Of a DNA stretch of 32,000 nucleotides, positions 17,055 through 27,668 are shown one piece after another. The stretch lies in the sequence record OZ298074.1; one strand, written 5' to 3'. Position 1 is the stretch's first letter; each line of letters begins with the position of its first letter. The position numbers and the translations under genes were made by a program. The notes beneath the pieces are model-generated. The model had not been told where the DNA came from. It saw nothing but the letters and a program-made list of their open reading frames with translations, and did no database searches.

Positions 17055-17126
17055 GCGAGTATAGTTAAGTTGGTATAACCTCTACCTTCCAAGTAGATGT
17101 GATCAGTTCGAATCTGATTATTCGTA
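17055..17126 (+). tRNA. trnG: tRNA-Gly (anticodon UCC)
   Basis: Acceptor GCGAGTA/TATTCGT, anticodon stem TCTAC/GTAGA, loop CTTCCAA, T arm ATCAG-TTCGAAT-CTGAT. Confidence 0.85.
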
Positions 17127-17236
17127 CAATTTTTATTATCTTACTAAACAAAAAATTTAAATTTTTAAATTATAAATTATTTAATTATATTAAATTTAAA
17201 ATAAAAATTTAGTTCGGTTCTAATAAATAATTAATT

Positions 17237-17307
17237 ATTTTCTTAGTTTAATGGTAGAACTACATTCTTCTAAAGTGTCAATTTTGGTTCGAATCCAAAA
17301 GAGAATA
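17237..17307 (+). tRNA. trnR: tRNA-Arg (anticodon UCU)
   Basis: Acceptor ATTTTCT/AGAGAAT, D arm GTTT/GAAC, anticodon stem ACATT/AGTGT, loop CTTCTAA, T arm TTTGG-TTCGAAT-CCAAA. Confidence 0.82.
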
Positions 17308-17645
17308 AATTTAAATTATAATTAAAAAACAAAAATATTTGTAATTGTTACAGTGTATGAGATATTATAAGATATAGTAATTATATTTTAATATTGAATA
17401 TATTAATATTAATTAATAAATAATATATCTTATATGTATTATATATATATTTTATATAAAAATATTTAATTAATAATAATTAATTATAATAATAAATAAA
17501 ACCAAATTTTTAGAAAATATCTTGATTTTATATCAATTAGTAGTATAAAATACTTACAATTATTCTTAAATAATTAATTATATATGTATAAATTAATAAA
17601 AATAAATATTTCGCATATTATTAAGAATAAGATAAGATTAAAAAA

Positions 17646-18659
17646 ATGACAAATAATTTAAATATGAGCATAATTAATATAATAGTAAATTTAATAGATG
17701 TATTAGTAGTGTTGTTACCAGTGTTATTATCAGTAGCTTTTATGACAATAATAGAAAGAAAACAATTAGCTGCTCACCAAAGAAGAGTAGGTCCTCAAGT
17801 AGTAGGATACTATGGAATTCTGCAACCTTTTAGTGATGCTTTAAAGTTAATTTTGAAAGAAACTGTAATTCCTTCTCAGTCTAATAAAGTATTATTTTAT
17901 TTAGCTCCTGTGTCTACTTTAATATTTAGTTTATTAGGATGGGGGGTAATACCTTTTGGTCAGGGTTTAACTTTATTTGATTATTCATTAGGAATATTTT
18001 ATACTTTAGCTTTATCTTCTTTAGGTGTATATGGAATATTATTTGCAGGTTGGTCAGCTAATTCTAAATATGCATTTTTAGGATCATTAAGATCTACAGC
18101 AGCTATGATTTCATATGAATTAATCTTAAGTTCAGCTATATTAATAATAATTTTATTAACTGGTTCATTTAATTTTACAACACTAATAGAAGTTCAACAA
18201 GCAGTATGGTTTATAATTCCTTTATTACCTGTTTTTATTTTTTATTTTATATCTATTTTAGCTGAAACTAGTCGTACACCTTTTGATTTACAAGAAGCTG
18301 AATCTGAATTAGTAGCTGGATTCTTTACTGAACATTCTTCTGTACCTTTTGTTTTCTTTTTTTTAGCCGAATATTCCTCAATAGTATTATTTAGTTGTAT
18401 AACAGCTATATTATTCTTAGGAGGATATAATTTTCCTGAAATTTTAATAAATGGTTCAGTAATAAATTTACAATCAATTATATTAGGACTAAAAACATGT
18501 ATATTTTGTTTCATGTTTGTTTGGATTAGAGCTACTTTACCTAGATTAAGATACGATCAATTAATTGATTTATGTTGGATTAATATCTTACCTGTTGCTG
18601 TGGCATTTATTATTTTAGTCCCTAGTATTTTAGTAGCTTTCGATATTTCACCTTACTAA
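17646..18659 (+). CDS. nad1: NADH dehydrogenase subunit 1
   Basis: 337 aa with ERKQLAAHQRRVGPQVVGYYGILQPFSDALKL and ETSRTPFDLQEAESELVAGF signatures. No intron. Confidence 0.97.
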   Translation: MTNNLNMSIINIIVNLIDVLVVLLPVLLSVAFMTIIERKQLAAHQRRVGPQVVGYYGILQPFSDALKLILKETVIPSQSNKVLFYLAPVSTLIFSLLGWGVIPFGQGLTLFDYSLGIFYTLALSSLGVYGILFAGWSANSKYAFLGSLRSTAAMISYELILSSAILIIILLTGSFNFTTLIEVQQAVWFIIPLLPVFIFYFISILAETSRTPFDLQEAESELVAGFFTEHSSVPFVFFFLAEYSSIVLFSCITAILFLGGYNFPEILINGSVINLQSIILGLKTCIFCFMFVWIRATLPRLRYDQLIDLCWINILPVAVAFIILVPSILVAFDISPY

Positions 18660-18836
18660 AAATTAAATAATTTATTTTATATAATAATTTAATATTTGCT
18701 TAAGTTTATATTTTCGTATATAAATTATAACCTAAAATATATTGTTATAAAGATATAGAATAAATTAATATAAATTAATATAAATTATTATTAATAATTA
18801 ATTTATATTTTTATTTATTATTAAGACTACAATTTT

Positions 18837-18842
18837 CCCTCC
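18837..18842 (+). promoter_or_regulatory. C-rich 3' motif after nad1
   Basis: CCCTCC followed by TTAAAATTAAT, 178 nt after the stop. Confidence 0.55.
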
Positions 18843-18918
18843 TTAAAATTAATTTTTTATTTTTGATTTATTCTTAAAAGAAGTTAATTAAATAAAATTT
18901 ATAAATTTTATTTAATTT

Positions 18919-18989
18919 AAGCTCATAATTTAATGGTAGAATAATTTCTTGATGAGGAATCTGTAGAAGTTCAAATCTTCTTGAGCTTA
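18919..18989 (+). tRNA. trnI: tRNA-Ile (anticodon GAU)
   Basis: Acceptor AAGCTCA/TGAGCTT (perfect), anticodon stem ATTTC/GGAAT, loop TTGATGA, T arm AGAAG-TTCAAAT-CTTCT. Confidence 0.85.
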
Positions 18990-19284
18990 AACTAAATTAA
19001 AACTAAAAATAAAACACAAAAAAAAATATTAAAATATTAAATTTAGAAAATTTTATAAGAATTTATTGTTACAGTGTATTCTAAATATATTAATTTAGTT
19101 TATTTAGAAACAAAATAAATTTATTTAACTTTAATATTAATATCTTTATATTATAGAATAATAATATGTAAATAATTACAAGTTTTATACTTTGGTCAGC
19201 TATATTAAATAGCTGCTTTTTTATATTTAACTATAGGAAATAAATATCAAAAAATTATTATATGAAAAAAAAAATCTGTTAACT

Positions 19285-20445
19285 ATGAGATTACTTAAAA
19301 GTCATTCTTTATTAAGGTTAATGAATTCTTATTTAGTGGATTCACCTCAACCTACAAATTTATCATATTTATGGAATTTTGGATCTCTTCTAGCCATTTG
19401 TTTAATAATACAAATTTTAACTGGTTGTTTTTTAGCTATGCATTATCAAGCTCATGTAGATTTTGCTTTTAATAGTGTAGAACATATTATGAGAGATGTA
19501 AATAATGGATGGATTATTAGATATATTCATGCTAATGTTGCTTCTTTTTTCTTTATTTTTGTGTATGGGCATATAGGTAGAAACATATATTACGGGTCAT
19601 ATAAAACACCTAGAACACTAGCTTGGTCAATAGGAGTTATAATATTAGTATTAATGATGGCTATTGCATTTTTAGGGTATGTATTACCTTATGGTCAAAT
19701 GAGTTTATGGGGCGCAACAGTTATTACTAACTTATTAAGTGCTATTCCTGTATTTGGTAAAGATTTAGTTGAATTAATATGGGGTGGGTTTTCAGTCTCA
19801 AATGCGACATTAAATAGATTCTTTTCATTACATTATATCTTACCATTTTTATTAGCTGCTTTAGCTTTAGGTCACTTAATCGCTTTACATACACATGGGT
19901 CAAATAATCCTAATGGTATATCTTCTAATGGAGATAGATATGCTTTCCATCCTTATTATATTTTTAAAGATCTTATTACAATTTTCTTATTCTTCTTAGT
20001 TTTATCTATTTTAGTGTTCTACTATCCTAATTTATTAGGACATAGTGATAATTATATTCCAGCTAATCCTATGCAAACTCCAGCTTCTATAGTACCTGAA
20101 TGGTACTTATTACCATTTTATGCTATATTAAGATCTATTCCTAATAAACTATTAGGAGTGTTAGCTATGTTTGGATCTTTATTTATACTATTAATATTAC
20201 CTATTGTAGATCTATCTAGAATTAGAGGAAATCAATATAGACCAGCTATGAAAGTAGCTTTCTGGTTCTTTGTAGTTAACTTTTTTATTTTAATGTGGAT
20301 TGGTTCACAACACCCTGATTCACCTTATTTAGAAATAGGACAAATTTCTACAGCATTCTACTTTATTTGGTTTATAGTTATTGTACCTTTAATAGGATTA
20401 GCTGAGAATACTTTAATGGATCTAGCCACAGAATCTAATAAATAA
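19285..20445 (+). CDS. cob: Apocytochrome b
   Basis: 386 aa with full-length Cob signatures ([42 protein letters not shown]). Uninterrupted. Confidence 0.98.
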   Translation: MRLLKSHSLLRLMNSYLVDSPQPTNLSYLWNFGSLLAICLIIQILTGCFLAMHYQAHVDFAFNSVEHIMRDVNNGWIIRYIHANVASFFFIFVYGHIGRNIYYGSYKTPRTLAWSIGVIILVLMMAIAFLGYVLPYGQMSLWGATVITNLLSAIPVFGKDLVELIWGGFSVSNATLNRFFSLHYILPFLLAALALGHLIALHTHGSNNPNGISSNGDRYAFHPYYIFKDLITIFLFFLVLSILVFYYPNLLGHSDNYIPANPMQTPASIVPEWYLLPFYAILRSIPNKLLGVLAMFGSLFILLILPIVDLSRIRGNQYRPAMKVAFWFFVVNFFILMWIGSQHPDSPYLEIGQISTAFYFIWFIVIVPLIGLAENTLMDLATESNK

Positions 20446-20560
20446 TTTATCTTAGTTTATTTAAGTATCTTATATATTTTTAAAATATATAAATATTAAA
20501 ATTATCAAACTATATTATTATAATTATAATAATTATTATTATACATTTATATATATATAT

Positions 20561-20566
20561 CCCTCC
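20561..20566 (+). promoter_or_regulatory. C-rich 3' motif after cob
   Basis: CCCTCC followed by TTAGTTAT, 116 nt after the stop. Confidence 0.55.
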
Positions 20567-21329
20567 TTAGTTATATTATTTATATTCTATAAATAAAAAT
20601 TTTTATTTATTAAAATTATAAAAGAAATATAATACAATTTAGTATTATTCTTAAGCAGTCTACAAAGATAGATAATAATTTATATCTTTATATTCAATAT
20701 AAATATGTGCTTAATTTTAAGTATTAATTATTGAAACCTATTTATATTTGATTTAGCAAAAATTTATATAAATATATAATTTATTATATAACTCTCTAAT
20801 AAAAAATTAATAATTATTATCAAAATTAAAAAAGAAAAATTTATAATAAAATAAAAATTTAATAAAGATTATTAAATAAATATATTTAAGTATATATTGC
20901 AAAATTTAATATTAATTTACGTAAATTAAGTCTAATTATAATATATACTTAATAACTTATAATCAATATAAATAAACTATTAAAATTTAATTTTTACAAA
21001 AGTTGTAAAGTTTTTAATTTATGCTAAAATTACCAAATTTAAAACTTTAATCTAAGAGTCAAATATTTATTAAATTTATTAAAAATTAAAAGAATTAAAA
21101 TTTTGGTTTAATAAAAACAAAAATAGATATAAAATATAGATAAAGTTTATTACAATTTAAATTTTTATCAATAATGAAAATGATTACTAAATATTTAAAT
21201 ATTTAAGATGTTTATATAATTAATAATTAATATTTATAGAAGTTTTTAATATTTAATTTTTCTTTTAATAGCGCTACTAAAAAGTAGATTAATTTAATTA
21301 CAAAAAAACAAAAATAACTTATAAGGTAT

Positions 21330-22157
21330 ATGGTACCAATGACAAATTTAAATAGAAGTAATTTTCAATATCATCCATATCATTTAGTTACGATTTCTCC
21401 TTGGCCTTTGCTAATTAGTATCTCTTTATTTTGTTTGGTTATAGGTGCTGTATTACATATGCACGGATATCCTTATCCGTTTGTAGGAGTTACATTTAGA
21501 TTAGGGATTATAAACACAGGTTTTACAATGTATTTTTGGCTTACTGATGTCACTAGTGAAGGAACATTAAACGGAGATCATACAAAAGAAGTAGTAAAAA
21601 GTCTTTTAATAGGGTTTTTATTATTCCTTGTTAGTGAATTATTTGTTTTCGTTAGTGTATTCTGGGCTTTTTTCCATTCAAGTTTAGTAGCTGCTGTGGA
21701 TATAGGTGGAATATGGCCACCTTTAGCTATAATAGCTTTAGATCCTTATGCTATACCACTATTAAATACAATAATATTACTATCTTCGGGAAGTACTGTA
21801 ACTATGGGTCATCATGCAATATTAAAAAGAGATAGAAGATATTCAATTTGGGGACTATTAATAACAATAGTATTAGCAATCGTTTTCACAGGATTGCAAT
21901 ATTATGAATATATAAATGCTCCATTTACTATTGCAGATTCAGTATATGGTAGTTCATTTTATTGCTCTACAGGATTACATGGATTGCATGTAATAGTAGG
22001 TACAGGTATGTTATTAACATCTTTAATTAGATTGATAAATTATCACTTTACAGATAGTCACCATCAAGGGTTAGAATCAGGTATCTTATATTGGCACTTC
22101 GTGGATGTCGTGTGGCTTTTTTTGTTTATAGCGGTGTATTATTGGGGTGGCCTTTAA
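21330..22157 (+). CDS. cox3: Cytochrome c oxidase subunit 3 (start may be the second ATG at 21339)
   Basis: 275 aa: RSNFQYHPYHLV, FYWHFVDVVWLFLFIAVYYWG. Confidence 0.97.
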   Translation: MVPMTNLNRSNFQYHPYHLVTISPWPLLISISLFCLVIGAVLHMHGYPYPFVGVTFRLGIINTGFTMYFWLTDVTSEGTLNGDHTKEVVKSLLIGFLLFLVSELFVFVSVFWAFFHSSLVAAVDIGGIWPPLAIIALDPYAIPLLNTIILLSSGSTVTMGHHAILKRDRRYSIWGLLITIVLAIVFTGLQYYEYINAPFTIADSVYGSSFYCSTGLHGLHVIVGTGMLLTSLIRLINYHFTDSHHQGLESGILYWHFVDVVWLFLFIAVYYWGGL

Positions 22158-22291
22158 ATGGGCTCTCCGAAGAATATCTTATTTTGTTCAAATTTTCTAT
22201 AATTCAAATAGGTCTAAATATTCAAAATATTATAGTTAATAATTTAAAATATTTTTGGATTGGAGATATATATCATAAATTTAGTGTAATT

Positions 22292-23296
22292 ATGTCATAC
22301 TTACATATTTATAATGTTATAATTAGTATTTTACTTAGTGTAATTGTATTAATTAATTTGACATGTATAATGTGTATTTTTTTATATAATTTAAATATTT
22401 ATGATTTTATAGTTAATATAATACTCCTTATTAAAGTTATTAAATTTGAATCAGTATTTAATTTAATCAATAATATAAATATTGATTCAGTTTTTAATAT
22501 TATTAAAAATTTAAAATTTGATTTATTATTTAATTTAACCAATAATATAAATACTGATTCAGTATTTAATATTATTAAAAATTTAAAATTTAATTCAGTA
22601 CATAATTTAACCAATAATATAAGTATTGATTCAATATTTAATATTATTAAAATTTTTAAAGAATTAAATTTAAATTCTATGTATCTATATAATACTGATG
22701 TATGTAATACTAATTTTAATTTATTGAATTTACGTCATCATTGTGACAATCCTATAATTTATGGTTTCGCTATTGAAATTAATCCGAATCTAACTCAGGA
22801 TATTAATCAGATTATTAATTTATTTAATCAAGTTGACAGTGGCAATAGTAGTGATGCAAGTCTCTCAGACAATGAGTCAGTATCTACTAGACCTAGTGTT
22901 TCTACCGGTAGAACTTCTCCACATGTAGGCATAGAGGATAATGCATTAAATAATGAAAATTTAGTAATAATTCAAGGAGACCAAGTTCTTCCGGAGAATC
23001 TTACAAATCTTGATACAATCTTAAATGATTTACAAATAAGAATAGAAGAAGGAACAGTAGATATAAGAAGATATGATCCCACAATATTACCTGAAGATCT
23101 ATTAAATCCTACTGAAACTTACTATGATGGATTTGAAGCTAACACTGAAGATAACAATAATAATAATAATATTAATAACAATATAGATACTATTAATAAT
23201 AATAATGATAATACTAATAATGATACTAATAATATAAATAATAACAATTTAATAAACGAACAAAATAATACAATTCATAATAATACACCTAAATAA
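22292..23296 (+). CDS. Hypothetical repeat-containing protein (334 aa from the first ATG; frame is open back to at least 22091 inside cox3)
   Basis: Hydrophobic segment VIISILLSVIVLINLTCIMCIFLY, three 24-aa tandem repeats (FNL.NNI..DS.FNIIKNLKF...), a Ser/Thr-rich stretch, then an Asn/Asp-rich tail. The track start at 22091 is a TTG. No C-rich motif separates it from cox3; one follows it at 23450. Confidence 0.45.
   Translation: MSYLHIYNVIISILLSVIVLINLTCIMCIFLYNLNIYDFIVNIILLIKVIKFESVFNLINNINIDSVFNIIKNLKFDLLFNLTNNINTDSVFNIIKNLKFNSVHNLTNNISIDSIFNIIKIFKELNLNSMYLYNTDVCNTNFNLLNLRHHCDNPIIYGFAIEINPNLTQDINQIINLFNQVDSGNSSDASLSDNESVSTRPSVSTGRTSPHVGIEDNALNNENLVIIQGDQVLPENLTNLDTILNDLQIRIEEGTVDIRRYDPTILPEDLLNPTETYYDGFEANTEDNNNNNNINNNIDTINNNNDNTNNDTNNINNNNLINEQNNTIHNNTPK
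22457..22672 (+). repeat. 72-bp tandem repeat, 3 full copies (plus a partial copy from about 22430), in frame within the ORF
   Basis: Units at 22457-22528, 22529-22600 and 22601-22672 start TTTAATTTAATC / TTTAATTTAACC / CATAATTTAACC and are near-identical throughout. Confidence 0.9.
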
Positions 23297-23392
23297 ATTC
23301 CAAAGTGAATAAAAATTTAAACATTCTAAAAAATAACACAGTTCATAATAATACACCTAAATAAATTCCAAAGTGAATAAAAATTTAAACAT
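23262..23392 (+). repeat. Tandem duplication (period 68 bp) of the 3' end and stop codon of the post-cox3 ORF
   Basis: 23262-23324 and 23330-23392 differ at 2 of 63 positions (..TTCATAATAATACACCTAAATAAATTCCAAAGTGAATAAAAATTTAAACAT). Confidence 0.9.
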
Positions 23393-23449
23393 CTAGAAAT
23401 ATATTTATTTAATTTATATAAACAAAAATTTCTTTCAATTTTAAATTTA

Positions 23450-23454
23450 CCTCC
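23450..23454 (+). promoter_or_regulatory. C-rich 3' motif (weak variant) after the post-cox3 ORF
   Basis: ACCTCC followed by GTTATTTTA, 154 nt after the ORF stop. The shortest C core in the family. Confidence 0.4.
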
Positions 23455-23709
23455 GTTATTTTATATTAAAAATATAAAATATATAATATGTATATACATG
23501 CAAATATAAAAAATTTATTTAAAATTTAATAAAAATAAAAATTTATTAATATAATAAATTAAAAATTATATAATATATATAAAAAAATTTTATTATCATG
23601 ATAATAATTATAAAATAATAACTGTAACTTAGATTATTTTAGTTAATATAAAATAATTATATAATACTTTATTAAAGGTACCCTAAGGAATTAGCTATAA
23701 TTAATACTA

Positions 23710-23976
23710 ATGAATTTATCAATATTATTATTTTTAATAGGAATATTAGGATTTGTATTGAATAGAAAAAATATTATCCTAATGATAATTGCAATAGAGA
23801 TTATGCTTCTTGCTGTAACTTTATTAGTTTTAATAACTTCATTTGGATTTGATGATAATATAGGTCAAACTTTTAGTATTTATATTATATCAATAGCAGG
23901 AGCAGAATCAGTGATAGGATTAAGTATTTTAGTAGCTTTTTATAGATTAAGAGGAAATATCTCAATTAGAACATAA
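23710..23976 (+). CDS. nad4L: NADH dehydrogenase subunit 4L
   Basis: 88 aa, three hydrophobic helices, AGAESVIGLSILVAFYR. Separated from nad5 by 4 nt. Confidence 0.93.
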   Translation: MNLSILLFLIGILGFVLNRKNIILMIIAIEIMLLAVTLLVLITSFGFDDNIGQTFSIYIISIAGAESVIGLSILVAFYRLRGNISIRT

Positions 23977-23980
23977 ATTT

Positions 23981-25972
23981 ATGTATTTATCAATTTTAAT
24001 TTTTCCCTTATTAGCTTCTTTTGTCTCAGGGTTTTTAGGTAGAAAAATAGGAGTAACAGGTGCTCATATTTTAACATGTACTTGTTTAACTATTTCATCA
24101 ATATTAGCTACAATTGCCTTTTATGAAGTAGGTATTTGTGGTTCACCAGTTTCAGTCTTTTTATTTAGTTGGGTAGAATCTGAATTTATGTCCATATCAT
24201 GGGAATTTTTATTTGATCAGTTAACTGTCACAATGTTTATTCCTGTATTATATATATCTACATTAATTCATATTTATACAACTTCTTATTTATCAGAAGA
24301 TCCACATAATCAAAGATTTTTCTCTTATTTATCTTTATTTACTTTTTTTATGTTATTTTTAGTATCTGGTGCTAACTATTTTGTTATGTTTATTGGATGG
24401 GAAGGAATTGGTATTGTTTCTTATTTATTAATTAATTTCTATTTTACTAGAATTCAAGCAAATAAAGCAGCTATTTTAGCATTAACAATGAATAGAGTAG
24501 GTGATATGGGTTTAAGTATAGGATTCTTTGCAATATTTGCTTTATTTGGATCAGTAGATTATTCTACAATATTCAGTTTAGCACCATTTATAAATGAAAC
24601 TGCTATAACTATAATAAGTTTATTATTACTTATGGGAGCTATGGCTAAATCAGCTCAAATTCCATTGCATTCTTGGTTACCTGGTTCAATGGAAGCACCT
24701 ACACCTGTTAGTGCTTTATTACATGCTGCTACTCTAGTAACTGCTGGATTATACTTACTAGTAAGATCATCGCCTATTTTAGAATTTAGTCCTACTGCTT
24801 TATTAGTAATAACTTTAATAGGTTCAACTACAGCATTCTTTGCAGCCACATGTGGTTTAGTATTAAATGATTTAAAAAGAATTATAGCTTTTAGTACAAT
24901 AAGTCAATTAGGATATATGGTAATGGCAGTAGGTTTATCTCAATATAATGTAGCTTTAATGCATGTAGTTAATCATGCTTTTTTTAAAGCTTTATTATTC
25001 TTAGGAGCTGGAGCTGTAATTCATAGTTTTGCAGATGAACAAGATATAAGAAAAATGGGTGGTTTAATAAAATTTTTACCATTTACATATACTACAATGC
25101 TAATAGGTTCTTTATCTTTATTAGCTACTCCATGGTTAACTGGATTTTATTCTAAAGATCTTATTATTGAATTAGCTTATGGACAGTATGCTTTCTCAGG
25201 TATATATGCTTATATTTTAGGTAGTTTAACAGCAGGCTTAACAGCCTTTTATTCATTTAGATTAATAAGTTTAGTATTTTTAACTGTACCTAATGGTATT
25301 AAAAATGTTTATTTAAATTCTCATGAATCTAATTTTGCTGTTATTATTCCATTATTCATTTTAACTTTATTTAGTATATTCTTTGGATATGTTTTTTCTG
25401 ATTTATTTGTTGGTATGGGAAGTGATTTTTTTGGTAATTCTATATTTATAAATCCTAATAATATTACTATAGTTGAAGCTGAATTTAGTTTACCTTTATT
25501 AATTAAATTATTACCTTCTATATTTTCTATATTAGGAGCTACTTTTGCAATATTATTATATCATGTCTATCCAGAATTTATAATTAGTTTAACAGAATCA
25601 TCTATAGGAAGAAATATTTATACATTTTTAAATGGAAAATATTTCTTTGATATAATATATAATAATAATATAATTGTAACAGGATTAAATCAAGGTATAA
25701 CTATTTCTAAAGTATTAGATAGAGGAGTAGTAGAATTATTAGGTCCTTATGGTTTAGCTTCTGCATTAAATCATAGTGCTTCAAATATATCAAAATTAGA
25801 TACAGGTGTAATAACAACATATTCAATATATATTACTTTATCTACATTAATCTTAACATTTATAACATTTTCTACTTCTAAGGTAGTTTTATTTACTGAT
25901 TTTAGAATTTTATTTTTCTTTATTACTATAATTTTCTTAACGCTAACTAATTCTAAAATTAAAAATAATTAA
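23981..25972 (+). CDS. nad5: NADH dehydrogenase subunit 5
   Basis: 663 aa: GWEGIGIVSYLLINFYFTR, AMAKSAQIPLHSWLPGSMEAPTPVSALLHAATLVTAG. Uninterrupted. Confidence 0.98.
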   Translation: MYLSILIFPLLASFVSGFLGRKIGVTGAHILTCTCLTISSILATIAFYEVGICGSPVSVFLFSWVESEFMSISWEFLFDQLTVTMFIPVLYISTLIHIYTTSYLSEDPHNQRFFSYLSLFTFFMLFLVSGANYFVMFIGWEGIGIVSYLLINFYFTRIQANKAAILALTMNRVGDMGLSIGFFAIFALFGSVDYSTIFSLAPFINETAITIISLLLLMGAMAKSAQIPLHSWLPGSMEAPTPVSALLHAATLVTAGLYLLVRSSPILEFSPTALLVITLIGSTTAFFAATCGLVLNDLKRIIAFSTISQLGYMVMAVGLSQYNVALMHVVNHAFFKALLFLGAGAVIHSFADEQDIRKMGGLIKFLPFTYTTMLIGSLSLLATPWLTGFYSKDLIIELAYGQYAFSGIYAYILGSLTAGLTAFYSFRLISLVFLTVPNGIKNVYLNSHESNFAVIIPLFILTLFSIFFGYVFSDLFVGMGSDFFGNSIFINPNNITIVEAEFSLPLLIKLLPSIFSILGATFAILLYHVYPEFIISLTESSIGRNIYTFLNGKYFFDIIYNNNIIVTGLNQGITISKVLDRGVVELLGPYGLASALNHSASNISKLDTGVITTYSIYITLSTLILTFITFSTSKVVLFTDFRILFFFITIIFLTLTNSKIKNN

Positions 25973-26067
25973 TTTAACTTTATTTTTTATAAATTTTTCT
26001 TTAAATTAAAATTCTATTTAAAATTTATTTATAATTTGATGATAAATTTTAATTTATAAATTAACAA

Positions 26068-26074
26068 CCTCCCC
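26068..26074 (+). promoter_or_regulatory. C-rich 3' motif after nad4L-nad5
   Basis: CCTCCCC followed by AAAAATATAAA, 96 nt after the nad5 stop. Confidence 0.5.
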
Positions 26075-26123
26075 AAAAATATAAACTTAAGGTTGCGATA
26101 AACATTAAAAAGAAAAAAAAAAG

Positions 26124-27575
26124 ATGATTATTTTATTAATACTAATACCAATTATTGGTTCATTAATGATTTTGCCTCTTCAAGAAGATTTTAAAAATAA
26201 TAAAAATAAAATAAAAACTATTGCTTTAACAACTTCAATAATTAATTTTATTGTTTCTATTTTCTTATGGTTAGAATTTGATTCTAATACCAATCAATAT
26301 CAATTTGTTACAGAGTTTGATTACTTACCTATAGGTCATTTAATCTTTGGAGTTGATGGAATATCTTTATATTTTTTATTACTTACAACATTTATTACTC
26401 CTATTGCTATACTTTCTAATTATAATAATATTTATTCTAATGTTAAATATTTTTTAATTTCTTTATTAATTTTAGAAAGTTTACAATTAGCTCTGTTTTT
26501 AATATTAGATTTACTTTTATTCTATGTATTTTTTGAAAGTGTTTTACCTTTATTTTTTATTAAAATTCTTGTATATGGATCAGGTGATTCTAGAGATAGA
26601 TCAGCTAATTTACTATTTTTATATACATTATTTGGATCCTTATTCATGGCTTTAGCTATAGTACAATTATATAGTTATACGTATACAACTGATTTTCAAT
26701 TATTATCTTTATGTGACATTAGTTTAGAAGGTCAAATTTTATTATGGTTAGCTTTTTTTTTAGCTTTTGCTATCAAAACTCCTTTATGGCCTTTTACTGG
26801 TTGGTTATATAGAGCTCATGCTGATAGTCCTTTAGCTGGATCTATTTTATTAGCTGCTACTATATTAAAATTTGCTACTTATGGATATATTAGAATTTTA
26901 ATTAATTTTCTACCTGATGCTACAAATTATTTCGGACCTTTAGTACAAACTATAGCTATAATCACTTTAATTTATGCTTCTTTGTCTACAATTATTCAAC
27001 AAGATACTAAAACTCTTATTGCTTATTCAAGTATAGCTCACATGAGTGTAGTTATTTTAGGTTTATTTTCTAATAATATACAAGGTATTGAAGGTGCTAT
27101 ATTACTTGCATTAGCTCATGGTTTTGTTTCCCCTGCTTTATTTATTTGTGTAGGTGGAATTATTTATGATCGAACAGGTACTAGAGTAATAAAATATATT
27201 AGAGGTTTAGTTATTTATATGCCTATATTTTCTATTTTATTCTTTGTGTTTACTTTATGTAACACTGGAATACCTTTAAGTTTAAATTTCTTAGGAGAAC
27301 AATTAGCTTTGATAGGAATATGGGAAGTTAATCCAATAATATCTGCTTTAGGAGCCACAGGAATAGTATTATCTGCTTGCTATTCTATTTTTTTATATAA
27401 TAGAATATCTTATGGTAAATATTCTCCTCATATGCAAAAAATAGTATTAGATATTTCTAGAAGAGAATTTATTTTACTAATTACATTGTTAATACCTACA
27501 ATAATATTAGGAATATTTCCTAATGTAATATTAGAATCTATTCATTTATCAGTATCAAATCTGTTATATAGTTAA
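26124..27575 (+). CDS. nad4: NADH dehydrogenase subunit 4
   Basis: 483 aa: FAIKTPLWPFTGWLYRAHADSPLAGSILLAATILKFATYG, LIAYSSIAHMSVVILG. Confidence 0.97.
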   Translation: MIILLILIPIIGSLMILPLQEDFKNNKNKIKTIALTTSIINFIVSIFLWLEFDSNTNQYQFVTEFDYLPIGHLIFGVDGISLYFLLLTTFITPIAILSNYNNIYSNVKYFLISLLILESLQLALFLILDLLLFYVFFESVLPLFFIKILVYGSGDSRDRSANLLFLYTLFGSLFMALAIVQLYSYTYTTDFQLLSLCDISLEGQILLWLAFFLAFAIKTPLWPFTGWLYRAHADSPLAGSILLAATILKFATYGYIRILINFLPDATNYFGPLVQTIAIITLIYASLSTIIQQDTKTLIAYSSIAHMSVVILGLFSNNIQGIEGAILLALAHGFVSPALFICVGGIIYDRTGTRVIKYIRGLVIYMPIFSILFFVFTLCNTGIPLSLNFLGEQLALIGIWEVNPIISALGATGIVLSACYSIFLYNRISYGKYSPHMQKIVLDISRREFILLITLLIPTIILGIFPNVILESIHLSVSNLLYS

Positions 27576-27668
27576 TTCTAATTTAAAAACTTTCTTTTTA
27601 TTAAATTTTATTCTATTTTTAATTTTATATTTTTTTTTGTATTAAATATATAATTACTTTATTTATTT

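Noticed and set aside
18242-18514. 90-aa minus-strand ORF
   Set aside because: It is embedded antisense within nad1, which is unambiguous. It is a chance open frame.
22399-22614. 71-aa minus-strand ORF
   Set aside because: It is antisense to the 72-bp tandem repeats. The frame stays open only because the repeat unit lacks stops on that strand.
22430-22672. Tandem 72-bp repeats considered as a possible CRISPR-like or minisatellite array
   Set aside because: The units are directly adjacent with no unique spacers, and they are in frame within an ORF. This is a coding tandem repeat, and CRISPR is not expected in a mitochondrial genome.
24655-24849. 64-aa minus-strand ORF
   Set aside because: It is antisense within the most conserved part of nad5. 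It is a chance open frame.
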